DNA of 64,000 bases. Source: Acidobacteriota bacterium. GTDB lineage: Bacteria; Acidobacteriota; UBA6911. Each line of letters begins with the position of its first letter. The first letter of the stretch is position 1. The stretch is from contig OY761556.1 in the NCBI GenBank assembly GCA_963664705.1, positions 704,001-768,000 of the forward strand, read 5' to 3'. The position numbers were made by a program, and so were the translations under genes. Shown in pieces: positions 30,434-41,700 of this stretch. The notes under the pieces were generated by a model that saw nothing but the letters and a program-made list of their open reading frames with translations, searched no databases and had not been told where the DNA came from.

Positions 30434-31015
30434 ATGGAAAAGAACCGACTGGAAGCGTTCAGTGATGGCGTGCTTGCAATTATCATTACTATTATGGTTT
30501 TGGAGCTGAAGGTGCCGCATGGCATTGAGTTGACGGCTTTGCGTCCGTTGTTGCCGGTCTTTTTGAGCTACATCCTCAGCTTTGTTTACATCGGAATCTA
30601 TTGGAATAACCACCACCACATGCTTTATGCAACCAGGCATGTCAGCGGCGGGATTCTCTGGGCAAACCTTCATCTGCTCTTCTGGCTGTCGCTATTCCCA
30701 TTCACAACTGCCTGGATGGGTGAGAACCAATTTGCTTCCACTCCGACCGCGATCTATGGAACTGTCCTGCTGATGGCTGCCATTGCCTATGTCATTTTGC
30801 AGCGAGCCATTATCGTCAGGCAAGGCCCGCAATCGCTATTGGCAAAGGCAGTCGGAAACGACTGGAAGGGAAAGCTGTCACCGATTCTTTATTTTGCTGC
30901 AATCCCCCTTGCCTTTGCGAGTCCCTGGATCTCCAATGGGATTTACATTGTTGTAGCCTTCATCTGGATCATTCCGGACCGGCGGATTGAGCGAGTACTG
31001 ACGGATCGGCAATAG
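30434..31015 (+). CDS. TMEM175 family (DUF1211) potassium channel
   Basis: RLEAFSDGVLAIIITIMVL and YWNNHHH signatures. Confidence 0.93.
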   Translation: MEKNRLEAFSDGVLAIIITIMVLELKVPHGIELTALRPLLPVFLSYILSFVYIGIYWNNHHHMLYATRHVSGGILWANLHLLFWLSLFPFTTAWMGENQFASTPTAIYGTVLLMAAIAYVILQRAIIVRQGPQSLLAKAVGNDWKGKLSPILYFAAIPLAFASPWISNGIYIVVAFIWIIPDRRIERVLTDRQ

Positions 31016-31082
31016 ACTACTGGCGTTTGGGGAGCGCCGGGCTTTCGAGCTTTGATCTGCGATTGGGCATCCCGTAATTTGG

Positions 31083-31886
31083 TTAATGCCCTGGTTTTTG
31101 CTGGTTCATATCCTCCAGCACCCAGATGAGCGCCGACTGCTCAGGTCGTATAAATCCACTTCGCGGTTTGTTTAGATCGATGACAAGCAGAATGGCAATG
31201 GTAAATCCGATCGTGAGAAGGGTTGAAAGAATCGGGTGCCTCACTCCGCAGACGCCAAAATAATAGCCCATCATGCCTGTCGACAGAAAACAGAATACCA
31301 GGAGCAGATTAAGGACATAGGGAGGGACGTGCACCTCAAGCGCCCATCGTCTTGATGTGGCCAAGTCAAACATCTCGTTCAATGATGACAGGAGCAGCGC
31401 ATTGACCGGTGTTGGTTGGGCGCCGGCAATGGTGGATGCGTGTGCCCACATGTGGTCCTGGAGTTCGGATGTCTGCCTGTAGATTGAGCTCAGGCGATTG
31501 CTGTCTTCTCCCGCCTTAAAAAACTCAATTCTCAGTTGCGTATAGTCTTTTAAGCTACGGACAATTTCCATGCCATGATCCGTGCCAACCGTAAGCGCAC
31601 GGAGACGGCTGGTGCCGATGGCATTGGCTTCAGCCAGGACAAGTTTGCGTCTGGCCTCAAAGTGCGAATCGGCCATGGAAAGGGAGACCGCCAGGATAAA
31701 TCCGAACAGCGCCAGCATGGCACCTGTGATGGTTCCCGCTGTCTTTTCGCGTTCTTCAAGCAGCTTCCCCTGTTTGCTCTGCTTTCTGCCTGCCCGGAAA
31801 CTCAGCTCGGTTACGAGAATCAGCAGCAAAATGATCACTGGAGCATTGATATAGGGGCTCTGACTGAAAAGAAGGGTTCCTTCCAT
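31083..31886 (-). CDS. DUF4239 / bestrophin-like membrane protein
   Basis: LFGFILA, EANAIGT, LNEMFD, DLNKPRSG motifs; GAGGAG SD before ATG 31886. Confidence 0.8.
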   Translation of the reverse strand: MEGTLLFSQSPYINAPVIILLLILVTELSFRAGRKQSKQGKLLEEREKTAGTITGAMLALFGFILAVSLSMADSHFEARRKLVLAEANAIGTSRLRALTVGTDHGMEIVRSLKDYTQLRIEFFKAGEDSNRLSSIYRQTSELQDHMWAHASTIAGAQPTPVNALLLSSLNEMFDLATSRRWALEVHVPPYVLNLLLVFCFLSTGMMGYYFGVCGVRHPILSTLLTIGFTIAILLVIDLNKPRSGFIRPEQSALIWVLEDMNQQKPGH

Positions 31887-32463
31887 TACTTCGATCTCCT
31901 CGTAATTGATTTCCTGCACTACCAAACAAGTCTGACCGCACACGCAATGGTCAGAAGGTCAGTCCGATTCCAATGGATATGCGCTGGTGACGCAGCATGC
32001 CGTGTTCTCGAGATTGCTCACCTGAAAGCCATCGGCGGGATCAATAAGGGCGATCAGGGATTGATAAGATTTCGACCAGAAATCAGGCTGTCTCGAGAGG
32101 ATTTCACGAAAATCTGTGCGGGGGACCAGGCGTCTTGAAAGGGAAGAAATCGTGCCGAATATCGTTTGTTGCCCAAATCGGAAAGATCGTGGTATCGCCT
32201 CCATCGTCCCTCGCTGTAAAGGTTGGATCCAATGCTACGCAAATGCATCCTGCAAGCTTCGATATCTGCGCTTTTACCTTTTGGGATTTTATACTGAAAC
32301 AATGTGACAGGAAATATCTATCGGTTAGGGATTTGCTTCTATTTGGAGACGGAGAGGATTCGTGGAACATTGTCCATCTTCATGAACAACCACAGCCGAC
32401 GTGCGCCGGATTTAGGGTAAACTATATGCTTCTCAAAAATGAGCGTCAGGTTTTGGACTTTAG

Positions 32464-34053
32464 GTGGCGAAAATGTTGAGTGCGGCTATGCGTGATGAAA
32501 AGCTCGGCAATGAAAATGCACATCGGGAACTGCCTGTGACGAATGTATCGATGCTTACGAAATGTATTTGGTGTGCCATCCTGCTGACGGGCATTCTCAT
32601 AATCCTTTCCTCCGGCGTGGGAATCCGGCCGCTGGATGCATTTGATGATTGTTTCTATGCCGAAGCATCCAGGAACATACTCAAGACAGGGGATTGGCTG
32701 AACCTCTACTGGTTGGGCGGATCTCCGTTTCTTGAAAAGCCTCCCCTGCAGTTTTGGATTACGGCAGGCCTGTTTAAGGTTATGGGAGTCACGGAATTTT
32801 CGGCTAGGCTGTTCCCCATGTTCTGTGGGCTGGGCATGGTTCTGGTGGTGATGATGTTCGCACGGCGCTTTCTGTCGTGGCAGGCATCCTGCGTTGCAGG
32901 GCTGGCCATGCTGTCGTTTCCGGCTTTTTATGAATATTCGACCAAAGCCATGCTGGATATTCCAGTCGCTTTCCTGATCAGCATCTCGCTGTTGTTTTTT
33001 CACAAGGGCATAGAGCAGGAAGGACAGCGCCGGTATTTTTGGTTTTATGGCATCTCTTTTGGTTTGGCTGTTCTGACCAAGAGCGTCGTTGGATTTGTGC
33101 CGCTGATCGCGGGAACGATGATCCTTCTCCTGAAAAGGCCGGGCCGAAATGTCTGGCGGTATTACCTGGAATCCCTGGCCATCGCATTTCTCGTGATTAT
33201 GCCCTGGCACGCTTATGCCTATGTTCGGCATGGCAATCTCTTCCTGCGCGAATACCTCTTGTATCATGTAGTGCAAAGAATGATGGGAGACATCGGGTAC
33301 CAGACAGGGAATTCCGTCTGGTTCTACTTTTTGGAAATTGGTCGGTCGAATCCACTGGGCATCTTCATCGTGCTGGGGATTGCAGTAGTGTTGGTGCGCG
33401 CCATTATCTACAGAGATTGGAACTGCATGCTGCTGGCCGGTTGGATCGCTGCCGTCTTTATCCCCATCAGCGCCTCGGCGGTAAGACTGGCCTGGTATAC
33501 GGTACCGCTCTATCCGCCCTTTGCTCTGTCTGTTGCGGTGGCCTCTGACGTGTTGATCAAGAAGGTAAACCGGCCGGTGCTGGTTTACCTTCTTGTGGCC
33601 GGAGCTGCTCTGAGTGCCCTGTGGACCGGATATCATTTTCAGCACGAGAAAATAGAACTCTTGTCAAAGGAGACAAACCCGTTTCAGCTGAAGAACCTGT
33701 TTGCCCAATTCCGCAAATCCTCAGCTAATCGAGACCTGCTTCGCATCTACGAATTCGGTGAAGCTGCTCCGCTCGCCTATTTCTATGCCGATCGACCCAT
33801 TCAGTTCCAATTTAGCAGCAAAGAATCGTTGGCGGCTCATCAGAAAATTCCCAGCAATTATCTGGAAAAGGGTGTCGTTCGCATGATTCCTGATCTCAAG
33901 GCATTGGAAATGGAAATGGAACATGAAGGCGGGTTTTATCTCTTTCAGAAGACCGTATTCAGTACCCTGCCGAACCGAAGTGCCCTATGCTCGGAGGAGT
34001 ATAAAAGCAGAGACTTCATTCTCGTGCGGTGTAGCCATTCCGGCCCCAACTAA
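32464..34053 (+). CDS. ArnT/PMT family (GT83/GT39-like) membrane glycosyltransferase
   Basis: DD..YAE.SR, FLEKPPL, EFSARL, LTKS motifs; multiple TM helices. Confidence 0.88.
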   Translation: MAKMLSAAMRDEKLGNENAHRELPVTNVSMLTKCIWCAILLTGILIILSSGVGIRPLDAFDDCFYAEASRNILKTGDWLNLYWLGGSPFLEKPPLQFWITAGLFKVMGVTEFSARLFPMFCGLGMVLVVMMFARRFLSWQASCVAGLAMLSFPAFYEYSTKAMLDIPVAFLISISLLFFHKGIEQEGQRRYFWFYGISFGLAVLTKSVVGFVPLIAGTMILLLKRPGRNVWRYYLESLAIAFLVIMPWHAYAYVRHGNLFLREYLLYHVVQRMMGDIGYQTGNSVWFYFLEIGRSNPLGIFIVLGIAVVLVRAIIYRDWNCMLLAGWIAAVFIPISASAVRLAWYTVPLYPPFALSVAVASDVLIKKVNRPVLVYLLVAGAALSALWTGYHFQHEKIELLSKETNPFQLKNLFAQFRKSSANRDLLRIYEFGEAAPLAYFYADRPIQFQFSSKESLAAHQKIPSNYLEKGVVRMIPDLKALEMEMEHEGGFYLFQKTVFSTLPNRSALCSEEYKSRDFILVRCSHSGPN

Positions 34054-34197
34054 GCTGTCTGGCCAAACTCCTCCTGCTAAGCCGCGAGGCAGCGCGGGGA
34101 GGGGCCGCCGTCCCAGCGGCATCAGCGCACGCAAGCAGCTGTGCCCTTTGTCGGCGAGCGCCCAAAATGCCATACTTTTTTGCAATTGCCGTTCTTT

Positions 34198-34286
34198 TGC
34201 CCCTTCAGGGCTCCAATATTTCAGCTGTTCTTCCCGGGGTTCGCTGCGCTCACCCCGGGCTATTTTCTGACGCGCCTCCGGCGCTT
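34198..34286. repeat. REP-like cluster of short palindromes between convergent genes
   Basis: gccccttcagggc; cccggggt-tcgctgcgctc-accccggg; gcgcctccggcgc hairpins in tandem. Confidence 0.55.
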
Positions 34287-34414
34287 AATATTTGGCATTA
34301 GGCGAGACGCCGGCAGTCCCAATGGGACCCGGCTTCATAGCAATTCTGATAAATAGCGGATCCAGTCGCAGCATAATCCGAAAATATGTGGCCTGATTCG
34401 GTCAAAGTCAGGTT

Positions 34415-35464
34415 CTAAATGGAGTAATCTTCCAAAAATACCTGCGTTTCCTTCAGACTGACATATACTTCGTGATCGCGTTCCAACGCGAGAGAACGAT
34501 AGCGTTCCTGAGTCATTTCCACTCGCACGGAGTCTCCGGCTCGGGTGATCAATTCCACTTTAACCAGCGGGCCGGCACTATTGATATGCAGAACCTTTGC
34601 GCGCAAATGGTTGCTTCCATCCGGATGATGCGTGATGTCGAGTTGGTGTGGCCGCACATAGAGAACCGCGCTCCTTCCGGTGCCGGGCGCAGATTCGTCT
34701 CCGATATAGGGGATGCCGCCTTCAACCCTGCCATGGAACAGATTGACATTTCCGAGAAAGTTATAGACAAACGAATTTGCCGGGTGCTGGTAAATATCCT
34801 CGGGCGTCCCTGTCTGGGCAATTGTTCCTTTGTTCATAACGACAACGAGATCGGCGACCTCCAGTGCTTCTTCCTGGTCGTGTGTGACAAAGACGCTTGT
34901 AATATGAATTTCATCGTGAAGCCTCCGCAGCCAGCGTCGAAGCTCATACCTCACTTTGGCATCAAGCGATCCGAATGGTTCGTCCAACAATAGGACTTTG
35001 GGTTCAACGGCGAGGGCTCTTGCGAGAGCCACACGCTGCCTTTGTCCTCCGGATAGTTGCGATGGGAGCCGGTTCGCCATTGATCGGAGTTGAACCAGGT
35101 CCAGAAGGTTGTTTACTTTCGTCTGAATCTCGCCGGATGAAGGACGCTCCTTCCGGGGTTTTACCCGGAGGCCGAAAGCGATATTCTCAAAAACGGTCAT
35201 GTGGCGAAACAAGGCATAGTGCTGAAAGACAAAGCCAACTCCGCGTTCACGAGCGTGTCTCAAGGTTGCATCATTTGCATCAAACGAAAGGTTTCCGCTA
35301 TCGGGAAATTCGAGCCCCGCAATAATGCGCAGCAAGGTTGTTTTTCCGGAGCCGGAAGGGCCTAGCAGGGCAACCAATTGGCCGGAGGGGATCGTCAAGC
35401 TGATGTTGCTGAGTGCACTAAAATTGCCAAATGTTTTTGCGATGTTATTCAATTCGATGTTCAT
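34415..35464 (-). CDS. cysA: Sulfate ABC transporter ATP-binding protein
   Basis: [24 protein letters not shown] motifs, TOBE tail; sulfate operon context. Confidence 0.95.
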   Translation of the reverse strand: MNIELNNIAKTFGNFSALSNISLTIPSGQLVALLGPSGSGKTTLLRIIAGLEFPDSGNLSFDANDATLRHARERGVGFVFQHYALFRHMTVFENIAFGLRVKPRKERPSSGEIQTKVNNLLDLVQLRSMANRLPSQLSGGQRQRVALARALAVEPKVLLLDEPFGSLDAKVRYELRRWLRRLHDEIHITSVFVTHDQEEALEVADLVVVMNKGTIAQTGTPEDIYQHPANSFVYNFLGNVNLFHGRVEGGIPYIGDESAPGTGRSAVLYVRPHQLDITHHPDGSNHLRAKVLHINSAGPLVKVELITRAGDSVRVEMTQERYRSLALERDHEVYVSLKETQVFLEDYSI

Positions 35465-35470
35465 CGAAGC

Positions 35471-36382
35471 CTACTCCGGTGCGATATTTGAGGTGGATGG
35501 CGTGTTGACGTGTCGCCGGCCTTGCCAGTCTATGATCGCTTTGGCCGCAAGGGTGATCAATGCGAGCAGCGCAAGCAGGGATGCCACTGCAAAGGACGCA
35601 ACAAACTGGTAATCGTTATAAAGTACTTCCACATGCAACGGCATTGTATTGGTCAATCCGCGGATATGTCCCGATACAACCGAAACCGCGCCAAACTCGC
35701 CCATCGCGCGCGCATTACATAAAATAATTCCATACAATAGTCCCCACTTCACATTGGGCAGGGTTACCAGCCAGAAGGTCTTCCAACCGCTGGCTCCCAG
35801 GATAAGCGCTGCCTCTTCCGCATCGCTGCCCTGTGCCTGCATGGATGGAATCAACTCGCGGGCGGCATAGGGAAAGGTTACAAATATGGTTGCCAGGATG
35901 ATCCCTGGCACGCTGAAAACAATCTGCAGATTGTGTGCGTCAAGCCATGGGCCCAGAAGCCCCCTGGCCCCAAAGAGAAGAATAAAGAGCATGCCGGAAA
36001 TGACTGGGGAGATGCTGAAAGGCAAGTCAATCAGGGAGAGTATGAAGCTCTTGCCCCGGAAATCAAACTTGGTGATTGCCCAGGAGGCTGCCAGCCCGAA
36101 CAGCACGTTGAGCGGTACGGCAATCAGGGCGGTTATCAAAGTCAGCTTAATGGCCGACCAGGCATCCGGCTCGGATATTGCCTCCCAGTATTTGGCAAAG
36201 CCCGTTTCCAGCGCCTTGGCAAATACGGTGAAGAGCGGAATCACCAGAAACAATCCCAGAAACAGCAATGCGGTCAGCGTCAGAGCCCATCGGATTATTG
36301 GAGATTCCGTGGTGTTCCGTGACTGGATCGTGCCATTCCGGATTTGAGTGGATGGAGCGTTGGCCAATGGGGATCTCCTCAA
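35471..36382 (-). CDS. cysW: Sulfate ABC transporter permease CysW
   Basis: IDLPFSISPVISG, ARAMGEFGAVSVVSGHIRG. Confidence 0.95.
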   Translation of the reverse strand: MRRSPLANAPSTQIRNGTIQSRNTTESPIIRWALTLTALLFLGLFLVIPLFTVFAKALETGFAKYWEAISEPDAWSAIKLTLITALIAVPLNVLFGLAASWAITKFDFRGKSFILSLIDLPFSISPVISGMLFILLFGARGLLGPWLDAHNLQIVFSVPGIILATIFVTFPYAARELIPSMQAQGSDAEEAALILGASGWKTFWLVTLPNVKWGLLYGIILCNARAMGEFGAVSVVSGHIRGLTNTMPLHVEVLYNDYQFVASFAVASLLALLALITLAAKAIIDWQGRRHVNTPSTSNIAPE

Positions 36383-36387
36383 TGATA

Positions 36388-37215
36388 TTATCTGGAAAGC
36401 CTGGTTCGATATCCCTGGGCAAAGTTGATGGCAAGAAGCAGTGTGAAGGAGGCCAGCAGAAATACCAGGGCGATCGCGCTGGCTTCAGCGTAATTAAACT
36501 GCTCAAGCTTGATCATGATCAGCAGGGGCGTAATCTCGGTGCGCATGGGCATATTGCCCGAGATGAAAATCACCGATCCGTATTCTCCCAGGCCGCGCGC
36601 AAAGGCAAGCACAAAACCGGTAAGTAACGCGGGGGCGAGTTCCGGAAGCAAAACCCGCGTAATCGTCTGAAAACGGGTAGCCCCCAGGCTGACGGCTGCT
36701 TCTTCGACATCAGCGTCCATAGCCTGCAATACCGGCTCAACCGTGCGGACGACAAAGGGGAGCCCAATGAAGACAAGAGCGATGGTGATTCCCAGCGGCG
36801 TATAGGCTGCTTTGATCCCGAATCCATGAAGAATTTTTCCGATCCATCCGGTTTCGGAATAAAGCGTTGTGAGCGCTATGCCGGCGACCGCCGTGGGCAA
36901 GGCAAACGGAAGGTCCACCAGCCCATCAATCAGCTTCTTGCCTGGGAATTTGTAGCGTACCAATACCCAGGCCACAAGCAGCCCGAAAAAGGTGTTCACC
37001 AGGGCTCCTGCAAAGGATGCGCCAAAGCTGAGGCGATAGGAGGCCAATGCGCGAGGAGTCGACACCGTGGCCCAGAATTGCCCCCAGCTCAGGGACATCG
37101 TTTTGATCACGAGAGTCGATAGGGGAATCAGCACAACAATGCCGAGATAGAGCACCGCATAGCCGAGAGATCCGGCAAAACCGGGAATGATGCTCCGTTT
37201 CTTGAGAATGATCAT
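36388..37215 (-). CDS. cysT: Sulfate ABC transporter permease CysT (CysU)
   Basis: VDLPFALPTAVAG, FARGLGEYGSVIFISGN. Confidence 0.95.
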   Translation of the reverse strand: MIILKKRSIIPGFAGSLGYAVLYLGIVVLIPLSTLVIKTMSLSWGQFWATVSTPRALASYRLSFGASFAGALVNTFFGLLVAWVLVRYKFPGKKLIDGLVDLPFALPTAVAGIALTTLYSETGWIGKILHGFGIKAAYTPLGITIALVFIGLPFVVRTVEPVLQAMDADVEEAAVSLGATRFQTITRVLLPELAPALLTGFVLAFARGLGEYGSVIFISGNMPMRTEITPLLIMIKLEQFNYAEASAIALVFLLASFTLLLAINFAQGYRTRLSR

Positions 37216-37275
37216 CGATCCTCTTTCTTAAGGAAGCATAAGCGCGTCAACACGATCGGGTTCTCTGTCGCTTGC

Positions 37276-38283
37276 CTAGGGGTGATAGATCCGGTCGAAA
37301 ACGCCACCGTCATCAAAATGCGTTTTCTGGGCTTTTTGCCAACCGCCAAGCTGGTCAATTCCCACGAGCGTTGACTTTTGAAAGATATTCGAATATCTGG
37401 CTGCTATCGTTGCATTCCGCGGACGGTAGTAGTGGCGGGCCGCAATCTCCTGACCTTCCTCGGTGTATAGATATTCGAGATAGGCCTGGGCCGCTGTCAG
37501 AGAGCCTTGCCTTTTAGCATTTTTATCCACCACTGCAACGGGTGGTTCGGCCAGTATCGTGACTGAAGGCATCACGATATCAAAGTTGCCTTTGCCTATT
37601 TCCTTTACGGTTAATAGCGCTTCGTTTTCCCATGCGATCAGGACATCCCCTATGCCTCGCTCGACAAATGTGGTGGTCGCTCCGCGCGCACCGGTATCGA
37701 GAACGGGAACATTTTTGAATATGGATGTAATGAACTCCTGTGCTTTCTTCTCGTCATTGCCCCATCGCTTCAAGGCATAGCTCCAGGCGGCCAGATAGTT
37801 CCATCTGGCTCCTCCGGATGTTTTGGGATTAGGCGTTATTACCGATATCCCCGTCTTTGCCAGGTCATCCCAATCCTTTATTTTTTTGGGGTTTCCTTTC
37901 CGAACCAGGAAGACGATGGTTGAGGTATAGGGAGCGCTGTTGTTCGGCAGCCGCTTTTCCCAGTTGACGTCAAGGAGTCCGGCCTTGGCGATGGCATCTA
38001 CATCGTAGGCAAGCGCCAGCGTGACAACATCTGCGCGAAGTCCATCAATAACGGCTCGTGCCTGTTTCCCGGATCCTCCGTGTGACTGGCGAATCGTTAC
38101 GGCCTGTCCCGTTCGGGCTTTCCAGTGCTTGGTGAAGGCCGCGTTGAAATCCTGGTACAGCTCGCGCGTGGGATCATAGGAAACATTCAGGAGCGTCAGG
38201 TTTCCCTGGGCTAGGGCTGAAGTGAAGGTTGCAACGACAAAAGCAATAAAGATAAGAAACCCGCGGATTCGTATATTCATCAT
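37276..38283 (-). CDS. sbp: Sulfate-binding periplasmic protein
   Basis: [35 protein letters not shown]; start moved to ATG 38283 after GGGAG. Confidence 0.95.
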   Translation of the reverse strand: MMNIRIRGFLIFIAFVVATFTSALAQGNLTLLNVSYDPTRELYQDFNAAFTKHWKARTGQAVTIRQSHGGSGKQARAVIDGLRADVVTLALAYDVDAIAKAGLLDVNWEKRLPNNSAPYTSTIVFLVRKGNPKKIKDWDDLAKTGISVITPNPKTSGGARWNYLAAWSYALKRWGNDEKKAQEFITSIFKNVPVLDTGARGATTTFVERGIGDVLIAWENEALLTVKEIGKGNFDIVMPSVTILAEPPVAVVDKNAKRQGSLTAAQAYLEYLYTEEGQEIAARHYYRPRNATIAARYSNIFQKSTLVGIDQLGGWQKAQKTHFDDGGVFDRIYHP

Positions 38284-38348
38284 GCCAAAACTCCCAATAT
38301 GCTTGCGGTGCCTTGTTAGTGGCCCCTGAACGGCTCTTGGACCAGAGT

Positions 38349-40130
38349 TCATATGGCAAACTCTGGTAGAATCTCTTCCTTTCTAAGAGCATTTTCTGCC
38401 TGTCGGGAAGCTTCAACCGGGTCCTCGGTTGAGATATGAAGGTCTTCGCCTTCATCCCGGTGCATCCCGGTGCTTATTCGGATTGCAAGTATTTCCTGCG
38501 GAAGAACGAGTTCCCGCAGTATTCGCAGTTCGTGTCGATCCACCTCTGGCATGGCGGTTATAAAGATCAGGCCACTGTCTGTCATGATCCGGGCCAATTC
38601 CCCCAACCTCCGAATGCTTTCTTCCCTGCGGTCAAACGTGTCGGCCACGTCTGATCCAATCCCTTTGTCCATGCTGGATACGCCAAGGTAGTAGGAGAAA
38701 AAGCCGGCATTGAACAACCGCTTTTCGAGTGCTTTGCCGACTGATTTGACATGCTCTTCTGAAGGGCCGGTCAGAAACACGAATTTGGATTTATGGCCGT
38801 GTCGCGCTTCGCGGGTGTTGAGAGGGATCGAGCCCAGTTCCCAGGCCGCTTCTCTTTCTGCGACATGCTCTGCTACGAGTGGTTGTCCAGAGGAGGCCGC
38901 TTCGAGCACGATGCCTCCACCGGCTATCTCGTAATTGTCGACGATGACGAAGCGTCCGGTTCCCTCATGATTAGTGAAGAGATCGAATGCCAGGGGTTTT
39001 ACTGTCTGGAGGATGCACTCGCCGATATCGTGGCGCTCCAATTCGTTTTTGCCTTTTTCTGCTTTCAAGTCTGCGGCGTTCAGAACGTGATTCACCCTGG
39101 AAAGATATGCCGGCACACGCGCTGCCGCGAGTTTCAGCTTGTATTTCTTGCCGGTGATCATTGGAGTTTTGCCAAGCCAGAATATATGTACGCGCAGGTT
39201 CGATCCGACTATCACTGAAGGCTCGGAATATTTACACATAATTTCGCCGGGCCGGATATACAACTCTTCCGTAAACGTAACTCCGACTGCCTGGCCTGCG
39301 GATGCGCTGAACCCGGGCGGTCGGTTGAACGATTCGATGCTTTTGATCGTGGACTTCTTTTCAGAAGGATAGAAAACCACCGGGGTTCCAACGGAAACGG
39401 ATCCGGTTTCAATTGTGCCTGCCAGGATGCGCCGGTCATCTGCTTCCTCGGTAAATTTGTACACATCCTGCACCGCGAATCGAAATGGCTGTTCTTCTTT
39501 TCCCGCTTCCTTCGTGAATGAATCCAGAAAATCGAGGGCGGTGAGTCCCTTGTACCACTCCGCTTTTTGCGTCAGATTGATGCCTTCCCGGGCGGAGACT
39601 GGCACAAATCCGAATGGATGCAACCCGATCTCTGCAAGGAATGCGGTATATTCCTGCCGGATCCGTTCAAAAACGGTCATATCGAAACCGACAAGATCCA
39701 TCTTGTTTACCAGGACGACAATCTGGCGAATTCCCAGCATCGACAGAAGGTATCCATGCCGGCGGGAGTTTTCGCGTACTCCTTCTTTGGCGTCGATCAC
39801 CAGGAGCGCCGCTTCTGCACGGGCTGCGCCGGTTACCATATTCTTAAGGAACTCGATATGACCGGGCGCGTCGAGAATGATGTAATCGCGTTGCGCGGAT
39901 TTGAAGAAGCATCGGGCGGTATCAATGGTTATGCCTTGTGCCTGTTCGTCTTTGAGTGCGTCCAGAAGGAATGCGTATTCAAAGGGGCGTGCATTCCGCT
40001 CGCACATTGCCTGAACTTGTGCGAGTTTTCCCTGGGGCAGCGATCCTGTATCCGCAAGTAGCCGCCCTATGACCGTGCTTTTGCCGTGATCCACATGACC
40101 AACAACTACTATATTCATCTGTTCGCGCAT
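38349..40130 (-). CDS. cysN: Sulfate adenylyltransferase GTPase subunit with a degenerate APS-kinase-like C-terminal domain
   Basis: [27 protein letters not shown]; C-terminal CysC-like domain with a broken P-loop. Confidence 0.9.
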   Translation of the reverse strand: MREQMNIVVVGHVDHGKSTVIGRLLADTGSLPQGKLAQVQAMCERNARPFEYAFLLDALKDEQAQGITIDTARCFFKSAQRDYIILDAPGHIEFLKNMVTGAARAEAALLVIDAKEGVRENSRRHGYLLSMLGIRQIVVLVNKMDLVGFDMTVFERIRQEYTAFLAEIGLHPFGFVPVSAREGINLTQKAEWYKGLTALDFLDSFTKEAGKEEQPFRFAVQDVYKFTEEADDRRILAGTIETGSVSVGTPVVFYPSEKKSTIKSIESFNRPPGFSASAGQAVGVTFTEELYIRPGEIMCKYSEPSVIVGSNLRVHIFWLGKTPMITGKKYKLKLAAARVPAYLSRVNHVLNAADLKAEKGKNELERHDIGECILQTVKPLAFDLFTNHEGTGRFVIVDNYEIAGGGIVLEAASSGQPLVAEHVAEREAAWELGSIPLNTREARHGHKSKFVFLTGPSEEHVKSVGKALEKRLFNAGFFSYYLGVSSMDKGIGSDVADTFDRREESIRRLGELARIMTDSGLIFITAMPEVDRHELRILRELVLPQEILAIRISTGMHRDEGEDLHISTEDPVEASRQAENALRKEEILPEFAI

Positions 40131-40153
40131 CCGATTGCTCCAACGATATCGTT

Positions 40154-41035
40154 CTACATGTATCCTTCACGGCGCAGCGTTTCGAGGCCCCCGCCATCTT
40201 CCTTGTCCTGCGCACGCCCCGAGCGTTCCGCGATATTTGCGAATTTCCCGGTTCGCAGCTCCTCGATGATTTCCCTGACCGTACGCGCCTCGGAATCCAC
40301 CGCATGCGTACAGGGATAGCAGCCGAGAGAGCGATAACGCTTCCCGTCCCCCTGGTTGAAATACAGGGAGACAACGCCTATGCCTTCCCGCTCGATGTAC
40401 TCCCAGATATTCAGTTCCGTCCAATCAAGAAGCGGATGCACTCGTACATGAGTTCCCGGGGCAAAATCTGTTTTGAACTGATTCCATAGCTCGGGCGGCT
40501 GGTCTGCGATGTCCCATTCGTTGTCTTTGTCCCGCGAGGAGAAATAGCGCTCTTTCGAGCGACTGCCCTCTTCATCCGCGCGCACGCCGACGATCACTCC
40601 GGTATAGGGTTCCTGATGGAGCTCGCTTACATATTTCCCGGTGGAATGATCCATTCTGTAGCGGGGCCATTCGCCGGAAAGTGTTCGTTTGAGCGCTTCG
40701 CTTTTCAGGTTGCGGCAGCAGGCAATGCGATCGGCATTTCCATCCGGAAAGGTTTCCCGGCACCGGATAGCCTCAGCATTTTCACCGTAGACCATATTCA
40801 GTTTCCATTCTTTGGCCAGGCGATCCCTGTACCGGATCATTTCCGGAATTTTGAAATGTGTGTCTATGTGGACAAGCGGAAATGGTACATGGCCAAAAAA
40901 AGCTCGCCGGGCCAGCCAAAGGAGCACAGTGCTGTCCTTGCCGATCGACCAGAGCATGCAGAGATGTTTGAACTCCCGATAGGCCTCTCTCAGGATATAG
41001 ATGCTTCTTGCTTCCAATTTGTCGAGTGTATCCAT
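40154..41035 (-). CDS. cysD: Sulfate adenylyltransferase subunit 2
   Basis: [24 protein letters not shown]-terminal LRREGYM. Confidence 0.93.
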   Translation of the reverse strand: MDTLDKLEARSIYILREAYREFKHLCMLWSIGKDSTVLLWLARRAFFGHVPFPLVHIDTHFKIPEMIRYRDRLAKEWKLNMVYGENAEAIRCRETFPDGNADRIACCRNLKSEALKRTLSGEWPRYRMDHSTGKYVSELHQEPYTGVIVGVRADEEGSRSKERYFSSRDKDNEWDIADQPPELWNQFKTDFAPGTHVRVHPLLDWTELNIWEYIEREGIGVVSLYFNQGDGKRYRSLGCYPCTHAVDSEARTVREIIEELRTGKFANIAERSGRAQDKEDGGGLETLRREGYM

Positions 41036-41046
41036 GGCTGTCCTCT

Positions 41047-41700
41047 TTACTGATCGCTATGTAGTCCGCACTCCATCCCATGCTGAGATGTTCCAGCAAA
41101 TCTCCCTGCGCGTTCGGAATCCCCGCCTTTGGATGTGCAGGGCAGGCATCCAAGCGAGGCATATCCCTGGTTGTACAGCGGGTGATAGCTGAGATTATTC
41201 TGCACGATGTAATTCCAGACATCTTCCTTGGTCCAGAATGCAATGGGATTGATTTTGGTGATCCGGCCTTCTGACAGAATGGGGGTGTCTTTCCTTAGCT
41301 CATTTTCATCGCGCCGCAGACCGGTTATCCAGGCGTCAAATTGAGGGAGAATGAGCGAAAGCGCGGGAGCTTTCATTTCGCAGCATTTATAGCGATCGTT
41401 CCTGATCGTGTGCTCTCCGAACTCGGTTTCTATCCGCTGACGCTCTGCATCCGGCGGCTCAATCCATCGGAAATGCATTCCGGTTTCCGCGACCAGTTGG
41501 TTTGCGTAGGCGAGGGTTTCCGGAAACTCGTAGCCGGTATCGATGCCAATGAACGGGACGTCTTTATTTACCTGCATGACGAGATCCACCAGCACCCGAG
41601 AGTCTTTACCAAATGAGCAGGAGGCAAATACCCTCGAATGTCTGGCAATGGCAACCTCTATGATAAATTTAGATAATTCGACTTTCTCCCAGAGCTTCAT
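41047..41700 (-). CDS. cysH: Adenosine 5'-phosphosulfate (APS) reductase, CysH family
   Basis: SFGKDS, KCCEMK plus GCLPCT (Fe-S ligands), ECGLH tail; GGAGA SD before ATG 41700. Confidence 0.9.
   Translation of the reverse strand: MKLWEKVELSKFIIEVAIARHSRVFASCSFGKDSRVLVDLVMQVNKDVPFIGIDTGYEFPETLAYANQLVAETGMHFRWIEPPDAERQRIETEFGEHTIRNDRYKCCEMKAPALSLILPQFDAWITGLRRDENELRKDTPILSEGRITKINPIAFWTKEDVWNYIVQNNLSYHPLYNQGYASLGCLPCTSKGGDSERAGRFAGTSQHGMECGLHSDQ

Noticed and set aside
31959-32204. 81-aa minus-strand ORF in the gap before the ArnT-like gene
   Set aside because: No recognisable features; cannot be told apart from a chance ORF
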